Assembly: GCA_036490655.1 (NCBI GenBank) | Contig: DASXDM010000013.1 | Coordinates: 67,582-131,581 of the forward strand | From: Verrucomicrobiia bacterium | GTDB taxonomy: Bacteria > Verrucomicrobiota > Verrucomicrobiia > Limisphaerales > UBA11358 | Length of the DNA: 64,000 bases | Direction: 5' to 3' | Shown here: positions 25,249-37,916 of the stretch, one piece after another | Position numbering within the stretch: position 1 is the stretch's first letter | Layout: every line of letters starts with the position of its first letter | Program-made: the position numbers and the translations under genes | The notes under the pieces: model-generated | Told to the model about the DNA's origin: nothing | Seen by the model: only the letters and a program-made list of their open reading frames with translations | The model's database searches: none

Positions 25249-26495
25249 CCGCCTTGGTTGCCGAATTTCTCCAGCGACTTTTTGAGTTCAGGATATTTCG
25301 CCACGGCTTGTTCCAGGGCCAACCCTTCGGTGGCGGCTTCCCACCATTTTTGCAGGGAGCGTACCCCGGCGGACGGGCCGTCCGGATGCGCCATGATGCC
25401 GCCGCCCGCCATGTAAAGCAGGTCAACGGTTTTCGTGCGCCGATAGGTTTCACAGGCCTGCCCACCCCATTGGCCGGAAGAAACGACGGGCAAGACCGAC
25501 ATCCCGCCCAGCAGCGGGCGGGCACAGGCTTCGATGGAACGGACCACGGAATCATCGCTTTCCCAAAATTTGTTAGCGATGCCATTGACGTGGATCTGGT
25601 CAACACCCGCCAGCCGCCAAAGTTTTTGATAGGCCGGAAATTCGATGCCGAGGAGCGGATGCCGGTTCAACATGCCCCAGCCGTTGCGATGACCATGGAT
25701 CGCCAGCGCGCCGGGATCGCAAATTTTCTTCGCACCGCCCAGGCCGACGCTGTTCAACGAGATCATCGCGCAGGTGCCACCGGATTTCACAACCTTCTCG
25801 TAATGCCGTTGCATCGCGTCAAGTTCGTCGCTGACGTTGAAGGCATACATGACTTTTTTGCCGGTGCGTTCGGCATGAGCATTGATGACGCGCATGATGG
25901 CGTCCACACGTTCGTCAAAGGGCGAGTGGGGTGGGTTCGCCATCAATTCGTCATCCTTGATAAAATCGATGCCCGCTTCGGCGAGGGTCTTGACCAGTGC
26001 CGCGGTCTGTTCGGGAGACAGGCCGATGCTTGGTTTGATGATGGTGCCGATGAGGGGACGATTTTGCGCGCCAGTCAACTTGCGGCAGCCGGCGACCCCG
26101 AATTTCGGCCCGCGGAAATGGCTGGCATATGACAGAGGAAATTCCAAGTCCATCAATTTCAGGCCGGAAAACTGGGAAAGCTCATAAAGATTTCCCTGCA
26201 CCGTGGAGACCAGTGCGGGAAGGTTGGACCCGAAATTTTCCACCGACCACGAAACGACTATTTCCGCGCGCTGAAATTTGCTGCCGGCCTGGCGGACGCC
26301 GGGCAAAGACGGTTCGCTCACGACTTCGAGCGGCGTGATCTTTTCGACGCGCGCGGCGAAGCGTTGTTTAAGCTCGGCTGTTTCGCCGGGAACCTCCACG
26401 AAGGTCCCGGAAGATTGCTCACCCGCCAAAACGGCGGCGGCTTTTTCCACCGCCATCGGTGTTTCGATCCGGTATGTGGCGAACAGGCGTTCCAT
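25245..26495 (-). CDS. RuBisCO large-subunit-like protein (form IV RLP)
   Basis: 416 aa. GTIIKPSIGLSPEQ (KPS instead of KPK), GIDFIKDDE (KDDE carbamate/metal motif), LAIHGHRNG, GGGIMAHPDG. No small subunit or PRK nearby. Confidence 0.85.
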   Translation of the reverse strand: MERLFATYRIETPMAVEKAAAVLAGEQSSGTFVEVPGETAELKQRFAARVEKITPLEVVSEPSLPGVRQAGSKFQRAEIVVSWSVENFGSNLPALVSTVQGNLYELSQFSGLKLMDLEFPLSYASHFRGPKFGVAGCRKLTGAQNRPLIGTIIKPSIGLSPEQTAALVKTLAEAGIDFIKDDELMANPPHSPFDERVDAIMRVINAHAERTGKKVMYAFNVSDELDAMQRHYEKVVKSGGTCAMISLNSVGLGGAKKICDPGALAIHGHRNGWGMLNRHPLLGIEFPAYQKLWRLAGVDQIHVNGIANKFWESDDSVVRSIEACARPLLGGMSVLPVVSSGQWGGQACETYRRTKTVDLLYMAGGGIMAHPDGPSAGVRSLQKWWEAATEGLALEQAVAKYPELKKSLEKFGNQGG

Positions 26496-26526
26496 ATTTG
26501 ATCGGCTTCAGTCTAACGATTTACCA

Positions 26527-29988
<3,462 letters not shown>

Positions 29989-30001
29989 CTATTGAACCTG
30001 A

Positions 30002-30859
30002 ATGAGCCCGTTAATCACCAAACGTCTGCCGATGCTGCTCTTCGTTTTATCCATCGCGGCAGGCGCACAGGGCCAAAATCAGATGCTTTCTCCCGGTCCG
30101 GGCCGTTGGACCAACAGCCTGGGCATGATTTTTGTACCGGTACCCGGCACGCAGGCACGGTTTTCCATCTACGAAACGCGGGTGAAGGATTTTGAAGTAT
30201 TTGCGGCGTCCAAACCGAAGTTGGACGGCACAAATTGGGACCACGCGTTCTATCACGGAACCACTCCGGTCTCAACCGCAGGCGATGATCCGGTCATCGA
30301 TGTCAGTTGGAACGATGCCACAAATTTTTGTGATTGGCTGACCGGGATGGAACAGAAGTCCGGGAAAATCTCCACCAATGAATCCTATCGCCTGCCGACC
30401 GATGACGAGTGGAGCGATGCGGTGGGGATCGGCGGCCGGGAGACGGGCGCAACGCCAAAGGAAAAGAGCGCCAAACTCAAAGAGGTTTATCCGTGGGGAA
30501 CCCAATTTCCACCGCCGCCCCATGCGGGAAATTTTGCCGACCAGGCGGCACTGGATTATTTCACCAATTGGCCGCACATCACGAATTACGACGATGGTTA
30601 CGTGACGACTGCGCCGGCCGGCAGTTTTAACGCGAATCAATCCGGCATCTACGATCTCTCCGGCAACGCGATGGAATGGTGCGGGGATTTTTATGATGCT
30701 TCGCACAAGCAGCGGGTGTTGCGCGGCGGCGCATGGATCAATTGCGGGCCCAAGACGCTCCTGTCATCTTATCGCGAACACGTTTCCCCGGAACGGTCCA
30801 GTGTGGCGACCGGATTTCGCTGCGTCCTGGACGGGCAAACGGCGCCGGTGGAGAAATAA
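30002..30859 (+). CDS. formylglycine-generating-enzyme (SUMF1/FGE-sulfatase) domain protein
   Basis: 285 aa with a signal peptide. RLPTDDEWSDA, GNAMEWCGDFYD, RVLRGGAW, GFRCV. Confidence 0.85.
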   Translation: MSPLITKRLPMLLFVLSIAAGAQGQNQMLSPGPGRWTNSLGMIFVPVPGTQARFSIYETRVKDFEVFAASKPKLDGTNWDHAFYHGTTPVSTAGDDPVIDVSWNDATNFCDWLTGMEQKSGKISTNESYRLPTDDEWSDAVGIGGRETGATPKEKSAKLKEVYPWGTQFPPPPHAGNFADQAALDYFTNWPHITNYDDGYVTTAPAGSFNANQSGIYDLSGNAMEWCGDFYDASHKQRVLRGGAWINCGPKTLLSSYREHVSPERSSVATGFRCVLDGQTAPVEK

Positions 30860-30869
30860 AAAAATCTTT

Positions 30870-32018
30870 ATGAACAAAATCACGAAAAATTTTCTGAATC
30901 ATTGCGCCATCCTTTTGGGCGCAGTGGCCGCGCTGACGCACCCGTCCAATATGTATGCCGAGACGAACATGGTGAGCGATTCCAGGATCATTGATACGAA
31001 TACGCTCGCGCAATGGTCCGCGCCATTTCGCAACTGGCATTATTGGCCGACCCACGTCATTCCCGCAGTCCCGCCGTTGCCGGGCGCGACGAACATCCTG
31101 GGTACGGACATCGCCACCGTGTTCCAAATCCCCGGCGATGACAAATGGTACATGAGTTTTGTCGGCTACGATGGCAGCGGGTACCAAACGTACATCGCGG
31201 AAAGCACGAACCTGGTCGATTGGGGAAATTATCAACTGGCGATGGGTTACGGCCCGACGAATGAATTCGACCAGGGCGGCGTCACGCTCGGCGGGTTTTT
31301 GTTGCAATCGTACGACCTGAAAGCGCCGCGTCTGTTGCAGCGGCGTGATGGGAAATATTGGTCGATGTACGGGTCCTATTCGAAGCGGGGCGGCTATGAA
31401 CAGCATCCCATCGGGGAAGGTTTGGCGATGAGCGACGACGGTTTGCATTGGCAACCGGCGCTCACCAATCCGGTGGTGTCACTCGCCGACCCGGATACCG
31501 CCCAATGGGAAAGCAACCGCATCTATCAGCCCTGGCTTCTGGAATATCGCGGACGCTTTTTTGATTTTTACAATGCCGCATATAAGAGCCATGAGCAAAG
31601 CGGGGTCGCCTTTTCAACCGATCTGACCAACTGGATCCGTTATCCAGGCAACCCGATCATCCATAATCGTCCGGGCGGTTACGATGCCGGCTTTTGTTCC
31701 GATCCCAAGGTGTATCGCGATGGCGATCACTGGACGATGTTCTATTTTGGCGTGGGCCACGGCGGCGCGCACATCATGATCGCTTTTTCCCGCGACCTGG
31801 TAAATTGGACGCCGGATCCCGCTCCGCTTTACAAGTCAGGGGGAAATCCGAGCGGTTTGGACAAGCAGTATGCGCATAAGACCACGCTGGTGTATAATCC
31901 GAAGAACGACACGTTTTATATGTTCTACTGCGCGACGCCCGGCAAAAAAGGCTCCATCACCGGCGGGCGCGGCATCGGGTTGATCACGAGCAAACCATTG
32001 GATCCGCATCAGGAATAA
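30870..32018 (+). CDS. five-bladed beta-propeller glycoside-hydrolase-like protein (GH43/GH130-type)
   Basis: Start taken at MNKITKNF (signal peptide), because the 30693 extension overlaps the previous gene. Repeated blade motifs: DKWYMSFVGYDG, DGKYWSMYGSY, GLAMSDDGLHW, RGRFFDFYNA, GDHWTMFYFG, AFSRDLVNW. Confidence 0.65.
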   Translation: MNKITKNFLNHCAILLGAVAALTHPSNMYAETNMVSDSRIIDTNTLAQWSAPFRNWHYWPTHVIPAVPPLPGATNILGTDIATVFQIPGDDKWYMSFVGYDGSGYQTYIAESTNLVDWGNYQLAMGYGPTNEFDQGGVTLGGFLLQSYDLKAPRLLQRRDGKYWSMYGSYSKRGGYEQHPIGEGLAMSDDGLHWQPALTNPVVSLADPDTAQWESNRIYQPWLLEYRGRFFDFYNAAYKSHEQSGVAFSTDLTNWIRYPGNPIIHNRPGGYDAGFCSDPKVYRDGDHWTMFYFGVGHGGAHIMIAFSRDLVNWTPDPAPLYKSGGNPSGLDKQYAHKTTLVYNPKNDTFYMFYCATPGKKGSITGGRGIGLITSKPLDPHQE

Positions 32019-32983
32019 CTTTGCCGGCGCGTGCCGAATTTGTCGGCGGCGACCGCGGCAAGGATCACGAAGCCCTTGATGACCTGTTGCCAGAACGGCG
32101 AGATGTCGAGCAGGAACAGGCCGTTGTTCAAAACGCCGATGATGAGGCAGCCGAGCACGGTGCCCAAGATCGAACCCTCCCCGCCGCTCAACGAGGTTCC
32201 GCCGATGACGACGGCGGCGATGGAATCGAGTTCATATCCCTCACCGGCTTTGGGGTCGGCGGCGTCAAGCCGCGCAGTCACGATCAATCCGCCGATGGCC
32301 GCGAGCGCGCCGGTCAACGCATAGACCCAAAGCTTGATGCGATCGACGTTGATGCCGGAGAACGCCGCGGCCTTTTCACTGCCGCCCACGGCATAGATGT
32401 AGCGGCCAAGAATGGTGCGGCGGGTGACGAGATAAAAGAAGGCGACCAGCGCCGCTGAAATCCATACGGCCATGGGAATGCCCAGGAAAAATCCCGCGCC
32501 CATGAAATCGAATTTTGTTCCCAGATCGGTCACGGGAAATCCTCCGGTCCACAGCATGGTCAAACCGCGCGCGATGCTCAACATTCCGAGGGTGGCGACA
32601 AACGGAGGCAGGCGAAATTTGGTGATGACCAACCCGTTGAACCAGCCGAGCACAAAGCCGGCAAGGATTCCCGCAAGGACCGCCCCGAAGACGGTGAATT
32701 GCACGGCCAGCCCGAACCGGCCCAGGATGATCCCATTTTTGAGCAGGCCCGCGGCAAATGCGCCCGCAAAGGCAAGGATGGCGCCGACGGATAGATCGAT
32801 GCCGCCGGTGAGGATCACCAGCGTCATGCCGAGGGACAGGCAAAGGTTCACGGAGATCTGCAGGAGGATGTTACGCCCGTTGGCGAACGTCAGGAATTTG
32901 TCCGACATCAGGCTCAACACGAGGACCATGACCACGAGCGCGACGAGCGGCTGAAGTTTTTTGATGATTTCCTTTTTGTTCAT
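32009..32983 (-). CDS. sugar ABC transporter permease (RbsC/AraH family)
   Basis: 324 aa with about 10 TM segments. LTGGIDLSVGAILAFAG motif. Confidence 0.9.
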   Translation of the reverse strand: MNKKEIIKKLQPLVALVVMVLVLSLMSDKFLTFANGRNILLQISVNLCLSLGMTLVILTGGIDLSVGAILAFAGAFAAGLLKNGIILGRFGLAVQFTVFGAVLAGILAGFVLGWFNGLVITKFRLPPFVATLGMLSIARGLTMLWTGGFPVTDLGTKFDFMGAGFFLGIPMAVWISAALVAFFYLVTRRTILGRYIYAVGGSEKAAAFSGINVDRIKLWVYALTGALAAIGGLIVTARLDAADPKAGEGYELDSIAAVVIGGTSLSGGEGSILGTVLGCLIIGVLNNGLFLLDISPFWQQVIKGFVILAAVAADKFGTRRQSYS

Positions 32984-33612
32984 GGGGTGAGCGTTTGGAT
33001 CGGGATCACCTTCAATGGTTTCAGGTCGGTGGACTCATCATCCACCTCGGCGCAGCCGGCGAAGGAAATGGTTTCGCCGGGCTTTGCCTGGCCGCGCAGT
33101 TGGGGAATCACATTCGTCTCAACGATCCGGTCGAGGGCGGCTGAGAGATCGTTGAAATCCTGGGAATTGGGATAATCGTTCACGTTCAACAAACCTGTGC
33201 CGTCGCGGAGCGCGTCGCCGAAGACCAGGCCGGTTTCCAGGGCAACTTCCGCGTTGGTCGAATCTTTTGAGATCGCCAGGGAAATCTCATCGTCCGAAAT
33301 GGAGACAACTTTTCCATCGCCCCGCAGAAAATAATAATAATTTTCATCCAGCCCGAGGCTCCGGGAATATTTCTTCTTCGCCGCCGGGGGATCGTTTTGG
33401 ATCGCGGACAAAAGTTCCCGGGCGGGGACGGCTTTATCGAGCGATGGCAACAAACGGTTCGTCCAGAAAGTTCCGGCGAATCGCGTGGTGTCAAAAGCTT
33501 TCGCTTTTTGTTCCGCCGCAGCGGTCTTGAGCGGCACGAGATGAAACGGCGGGAAAAGACCGCAAACGGCGGCAGCGACTGCGATCGCGATGATCCAGGT
33601 GACGGCGCGCAT
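32980..33612 (-). CDS. DUF2291-type periplasmic lipoprotein associated with sugar ABC systems
   Basis: 210 aa. N-terminal anchor. FDTTRFAGTFWTNRLLPSL and VNDYPNSQDFNDLSAAL resemble DUF2291. 4-nt overlap with the permease start. Confidence 0.65.
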   Translation of the reverse strand: MRAVTWIIAIAVAAAVCGLFPPFHLVPLKTAAAEQKAKAFDTTRFAGTFWTNRLLPSLDKAVPARELLSAIQNDPPAAKKKYSRSLGLDENYYYFLRGDGKVVSISDDEISLAISKDSTNAEVALETGLVFGDALRDGTGLLNVNDYPNSQDFNDLSAALDRIVETNVIPQLRGQAKPGETISFAGCAEVDDESTDLKPLKVIPIQTLTP

Positions 33613-33618
33613 CAGAAA

Positions 33619-34572
33619 TTATTTCTTCCCGTAATCGGAATATTTGGCCACGTTGGCCTGGGTCACCAGCTCGACGGGCACGGGAATTTTTTGCGGGAAA
33701 TCACGCTTGCCCTTGAGGTAGGCATCGGCGAATTCAGCGGACTTGCGCGCCATGACTTTGGGAAACTGCATCCCCGTCGCCTCGATTTTTCCCTGGGCGA
33801 TCAATTTCACAACATCGTCCGCACCGTCGAACCCGAAGACCTTCACCTGCCGGTCTTTGCCGGTGGCGACCAGGGCCTGATACGCACCCATCGCCATCGC
33901 ATCGTTGCCGCAAAAAACGGCTTTGATGTCCGGATGCGCCTGCAAGATCGAGGTCATGACATCGAGTCCTTTGGCGCGGTCAAAATCCGCGCTTTGCTGC
34001 GCAACCATTTTCAAACCGGGAAAGCGGTCCACCACGCTGTGAAAGCCTTTCGAACGGTTCCAGGTATTGTTGTCACCGACGATGCCGAGCAGTTCGGCAT
34101 ATTCGCCCTGCTGACCGACGGTCTTGATGAAATATTCGCCGATCTTTACCGAGCCGGAATAACTGTCCGACAGCATCTGCGAGGTGGCGGCGTTCGTGGA
34201 ATTGATCTCTCGATCGATGCAGAAAACAGGAATGCCCGCGGCTTTGGCCTTCAAAACATTCGCCACCGACCCGTTGGCATCCGTGGGGTTGAACAGGATC
34301 GCCTGGTAACCGGCGGCGATGAGGTCGTCAAAATTGGCGGCTTCCTTCGCCGTATCATTCTGCGAATCAAAAATCGTGGCGTCATAGCCCAGTTCGTCCG
34401 CGCGATCTTTGGCGGTTTGCGCCAGCACGACAAACCACGGATTATTGAGAGTGGAGATGACCACGGCGATTTTTTGTTTTGGCGCGGATTGCGCGTTCAC
34501 GGTCCGGGTGAACAGCAAGGCGACCGTCGCGATCAGAACGGCGCCGGCCAATTTGAGCCAATGGGTTTTCAT
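33619..34572 (-). CDS. sugar ABC transporter substrate-binding protein (RbsB-like, PBP type I)
   Basis: 317 aa with a signal peptide. [31 protein letters not shown]. Confidence 0.9.
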   Translation of the reverse strand: MKTHWLKLAGAVLIATVALLFTRTVNAQSAPKQKIAVVISTLNNPWFVVLAQTAKDRADELGYDATIFDSQNDTAKEAANFDDLIAAGYQAILFNPTDANGSVANVLKAKAAGIPVFCIDREINSTNAATSQMLSDSYSGSVKIGEYFIKTVGQQGEYAELLGIVGDNNTWNRSKGFHSVVDRFPGLKMVAQQSADFDRAKGLDVMTSILQAHPDIKAVFCGNDAMAMGAYQALVATGKDRQVKVFGFDGADDVVKLIAQGKIEATGMQFPKVMARKSAEFADAYLKGKRDFPQKIPVPVELVTQANVAKYSDYGKK

Positions 34573-34595
34573 ATGTTTTCTTAGTTTGATTTGAC

Positions 34596-36074
34596 CTATA
34601 AAACTCGTTTTACCGCCCGTTTCCAGCCGGCGTGATTGGTTTCAACCAGCTTCAAATCCATCCGGGGACGGAAAATTTTGTGCCGGTGCGGCAATTTCGA
34701 CAACTCATCGACAGATTTGCATATTTTCAGGGCAAGCAAACCTTTCATCGCCGCGCCCCAGGCGGAACTTTCGGCGACCTCGGCAACTTTCAATGCCGCG
34801 CCAGTCATATCGGAGGTGAATTGCATGAGGAATTTATCGCGCGTGGGTCCGCCATCGGCATGAAGCGTTTGCAATTTGATCTTCGCCTCGGCGCGCATCA
34901 TATCCAGCGCGTCGCGGACCTGATAGGCGATGGATTCTTCAGCCGCCCGGGCAATTTGCGCTTTGCTGGTATGGGCCGTCATGCCCAGGATCGCCGCGCG
35001 GGCATCCGGCGACCAATACGGCGCGCTCAATCCCGCGAACGCAGGCACGAGGTAGACGCCGCCATTATTGTCCAGGCTGGCAGCCAATTTTTCGATTTCG
35101 GCAGAGTTTTTAATGAATCCCAGTTGATTCTTCAGCCATTCAATCGTCGCGGCGGAAAAATTGATGATGCCTTCATAGGCATAGACGGGTTTTCCCCGAT
35201 GGACCCAGGCCAGCGCGGTGACCGCCCCGCCTTTTGACGGGCGATATTTCCCGCCGATGTTCAACAGGATGGAGGTGCCGGTGCCAAAGGTTGCCTTGGC
35301 TGTGCCCGGCAAAAAACATCGTTGCGCGAACAGGGAAGCCTGGGAATCGCCCATGACCCCGGCGATAGGAATTTTTCCAGGCAAAATCCCGTGTGCATCC
35401 GTGAGGCCAAAACGCGTCGCGCTCTCGCGAACTTCTGGCAGCGCGCGCGGTGGCACCTTGAACATCTTGCAGAGATCTGAATCCCAGCGGAGTTTGCCGA
35501 TATCGAACAGGAGAGTCCGGCTGGCATTGGTGGAATCTGTCGCAAAAACTTCCCCGCCGGTCAGCCGATGGATCAAATAGACATCCATAGTGCCGATGAC
35601 AGCGCGGCCGGTCTTCAATTTCGCCGCGAGCGCGGGTTTATTTTCGACGAGCCAGCGGATTTTTGACGCGGAGAAATAGGCATCGATCTTCAAACCGGTT
35701 TTCGCCCGGACAAAACCTTCGCGCCCTTGCGCCCGAAGTTTCCCGCAGATCGCATCTCCGCGCCGATCCTGCCAAACGATAGCGTTATGCGCGGGCTTGC
35801 CGGTCTTGCGATCAAAGATCACGACGGTCTCGCGCTGGTTCGCGATGCTCAAGCCGGCGAGTTTTGAAATCCGCTTTGGATTGCGCCGGACGATCTGGCG
35901 AATGACCGAGAGGACGTTTTGCCAGATCTCTTCCGCGTCATGTTCGAGCCAGCCGGGCTGCGGATAAATTTGACGGTGGGCGCGCGAAGTTTTATCGAGG
36001 ATGTTGCCGCGCGCATCGAAAAGAACCGCTTTGGTCGCGGAGGTGCTCTGGTCGATGGCGAGGATCAAACTCAT
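34596..36074 (-). CDS. FGGY-family carbohydrate kinase (glycerol-kinase/xylulokinase-like)
   Basis: 492 aa. [40 protein letters not shown]. Confidence 0.9.
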   Translation of the reverse strand: MSLILAIDQSTSATKAVLFDARGNILDKTSRAHRQIYPQPGWLEHDAEEIWQNVLSVIRQIVRRNPKRISKLAGLSIANQRETVVIFDRKTGKPAHNAIVWQDRRGDAICGKLRAQGREGFVRAKTGLKIDAYFSASKIRWLVENKPALAAKLKTGRAVIGTMDVYLIHRLTGGEVFATDSTNASRTLLFDIGKLRWDSDLCKMFKVPPRALPEVRESATRFGLTDAHGILPGKIPIAGVMGDSQASLFAQRCFLPGTAKATFGTGTSILLNIGGKYRPSKGGAVTALAWVHRGKPVYAYEGIINFSAATIEWLKNQLGFIKNSAEIEKLAASLDNNGGVYLVPAFAGLSAPYWSPDARAAILGMTAHTSKAQIARAAEESIAYQVRDALDMMRAEAKIKLQTLHADGGPTRDKFLMQFTSDMTGAALKVAEVAESSAWGAAMKGLLALKICKSVDELSKLPHRHKIFRPRMDLKLVETNHAGWKRAVKRVL

Positions 36075-37069
36075 TTCAAAAGGTCCAAAGCAGTTTTAGC
36101 CAACCCTTCCATGGAAATCCCGTAATGGCGAAAAATATCGGCCTGGGCACCGGTGACCGTATCTTCATCAGGAATGCCGACAATTTTGAAGGGCAAAGGC
36201 ACACCGGCTTGCATCAGGATTGAAGCGCAGGCTTCGCCAAGTCCTCCATGGACGCTGTGTTCCTCGACGGTGACGAGCGCACGACATTCGCGCCCCGCCT
36301 TCAAAACGGTGTCCGCATCCAAAGGCTTCACGGTATGCATGGAAATCACGCGGCAATTCAAACCGCGCCCGGCGAGGTGGGCGGCGGCGAGCATCGCATG
36401 GGCCACGGTTTCGCCAGTCGCAATGAAGGCAACATCGTTGCCATCCCGCAATCGAATAGCTTTACCGATCTCAAATGGCGCATCAGGCTTGTGCAGATGG
36501 AGCATCGCGGCTTTGCCGAAGCGGACATAGACCGGCCTGGTTGATTTCGCGGCGGCGCGAATGGCTTCGCGCGTTTCAAAATTATCCGCCGGGACGACGA
36601 TGGAAATATTATGGATCGCGCGCAGCACCGCGAAGTCATGAAGTGAATGATGGGTCGTGCCGAGCGCACCGTAACTCACGCCGGCGCTGATGGCGATGAG
36701 GGTGGCGGGAACATCGGAATAACAGAGGTCATTCTTGATCTGTTCAAGCGAACGCGCGGAGAGAAAGCACGCCGGGGAAACACCAAAAGATTTTTTCCCG
36801 CAGGCGGCCAGGCCGGCGGTGATGCCGACGAGATTTTGCTCGGCGATCCCGACCTCAACGAGCTGTTTGGGCAACGCTTTCGCGAAGGGGGCGAGCTTGC
36901 CGGAGCCGCGCGAGTCGCTCGTGACGGCGATGATGTGGGGATTCGCTTTCGCAAGCTCTTCGAGGGTCGCGGCGAATTCATCGAGATTGGCGCGGCCGAT
37001 CTTCAGGCCAAGTTTTTCCGCCATCGCTTTTGCGGCAGGCGTGAACAAAGATGGGGCAGGGGCGCTCAT
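36071..37069 (-). CDS. transketolase, C-terminal (Pyr/TKC) subunit of a split enzyme
   Basis: 332 aa. VEVGIAEQNLVGITAGLA and VEEHSVHGGLG. 4-nt overlaps on both sides. Confidence 0.9.
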   Translation of the reverse strand: MSAPAPSLFTPAAKAMAEKLGLKIGRANLDEFAATLEELAKANPHIIAVTSDSRGSGKLAPFAKALPKQLVEVGIAEQNLVGITAGLAACGKKSFGVSPACFLSARSLEQIKNDLCYSDVPATLIAISAGVSYGALGTTHHSLHDFAVLRAIHNISIVVPADNFETREAIRAAAKSTRPVYVRFGKAAMLHLHKPDAPFEIGKAIRLRDGNDVAFIATGETVAHAMLAAAHLAGRGLNCRVISMHTVKPLDADTVLKAGRECRALVTVEEHSVHGGLGEACASILMQAGVPLPFKIVGIPDEDTVTGAQADIFRHYGISMEGLAKTALDLLK

Positions 37070-37899
37070 TTGCCCTCCTTCATTTTGGCTTCCAGAGCAT
37101 CGAGCTCGGCGAGGGCCTGTTTCAATTCAGCGTCCGCAGGGACACCGTGATGCCATTTGGCCACATCCTCCATAAAACTTACGCCCCGGCCTTTGATCGT
37201 ATTCGCAATGATACATGTTGGTTTTCCGGTTTCCAATGGCTGGCTCAATGCCGCGGTCAATTCAGCAAAATCATGGCCGTTCACGGCTTTCACGGCCCAG
37301 CCGAATGCCCGGAATTTTTCATCGATCGGCTCGCTGCTCATCACATCGCGGGTGCGGCCGGAGATCTGGAGCGTATTGTGGTCGATGATCGCGGTGAGAT
37401 TATCCAGTTTATAATGCGCCGCGGCCATGGCGGCTTCCCAGTTCGAACCTTCGGCGAGTTCACCGTCTCCGAGCAGGGTGAAAACGCGATATGCCGCGGA
37501 ATCCATTTTCCCGGCGATCGCCATGCCGACGCAGATCGGCAGGCCATGTCCAAGGGCGCCGGTATTCATCTCAATTCCCGGGACGTGCCGCGTAGGATGG
37601 CCGATAAAATGCGACTGGTAGTGGCAGATCGTTTTCAATTCCGCTTCCGGAAAAAATCCGCGGTCGGCCAGCACCGTGTAGAGCGCCTCGACGGAATGTC
37701 CCTTGCTCTGGACATAACGGTCGCGCGCGGGGCTGGAAAAATTCTGGGGCGAGACGTTGAGGATGCGATTATAGAGGACGTTGAGAATGTCGAGGCAGGA
37801 GAGGCCGCCGCCGGTATGGCCGGCGCCGGCGTCCACGATGGCTTCGAGCAATCGTTTGCGCAGGCGGACGGATTTAAGCTGGAGGTCGCGGTCGGTCAT
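37066..37899 (-). CDS. transketolase, N-terminal (TPP-binding) subunit of a split enzyme
   Basis: Start taken at MTDRDLQLKS, leaving a 17-nt gap to the upstream gene. GAGHTGGGLSCLDIL and LLGDGELAEGSNWEAA. Confidence 0.9.
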   Translation of the reverse strand: MTDRDLQLKSVRLRKRLLEAIVDAGAGHTGGGLSCLDILNVLYNRILNVSPQNFSSPARDRYVQSKGHSVEALYTVLADRGFFPEAELKTICHYQSHFIGHPTRHVPGIEMNTGALGHGLPICVGMAIAGKMDSAAYRVFTLLGDGELAEGSNWEAAMAAAHYKLDNLTAIIDHNTLQISGRTRDVMSSEPIDEKFRAFGWAVKAVNGHDFAELTAALSQPLETGKPTCIIANTIKGRGVSFMEDVAKWHHGVPADAELKQALAELDALEAKMKEGK

Positions 37900-37916
37900 G
37901 GATGATCCAAAGGGAA

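Noticed and set aside
25254-26132. 292-aa plus-strand ORF antisense to the RLP gene; likewise 20370-21083, 21186-21977, 45206-45892, 51906-52736, 18822-19541
   Set aside because: All are embedded antisense in genes with strong family motifs, and all have typical GC-rich shadow-frame composition.
25245-26495. Possible bona fide CO2-fixing RuBisCO large subunit
   Set aside because: KPK is changed to KPS (the Lys177 equivalent is lost). No small subunit, phosphoribulokinase or carboxysome genes are present. It is 4-nt coupled to a DUF1537 acid-sugar kinase. This fits a form IV RuBisCO-like protein.
30693-30869. N-terminal extensions proposed by the ORF track (30693, 39331, 42731, 44762, 37974, 56919 starts)
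   Set aside because: Each extension overlaps the preceding gene or promoter region. Each is followed by an internal Met that gives a signal peptide or the canonical family N-terminus, usually at an ATGA overlap.
33397-34584. 395-aa plus-strand ORF spanning the DUF2291/SBP genes
   Set aside because: It crosses an intergenic boundary of two well-supported minus-strand genes, and its antisense composition is biased.
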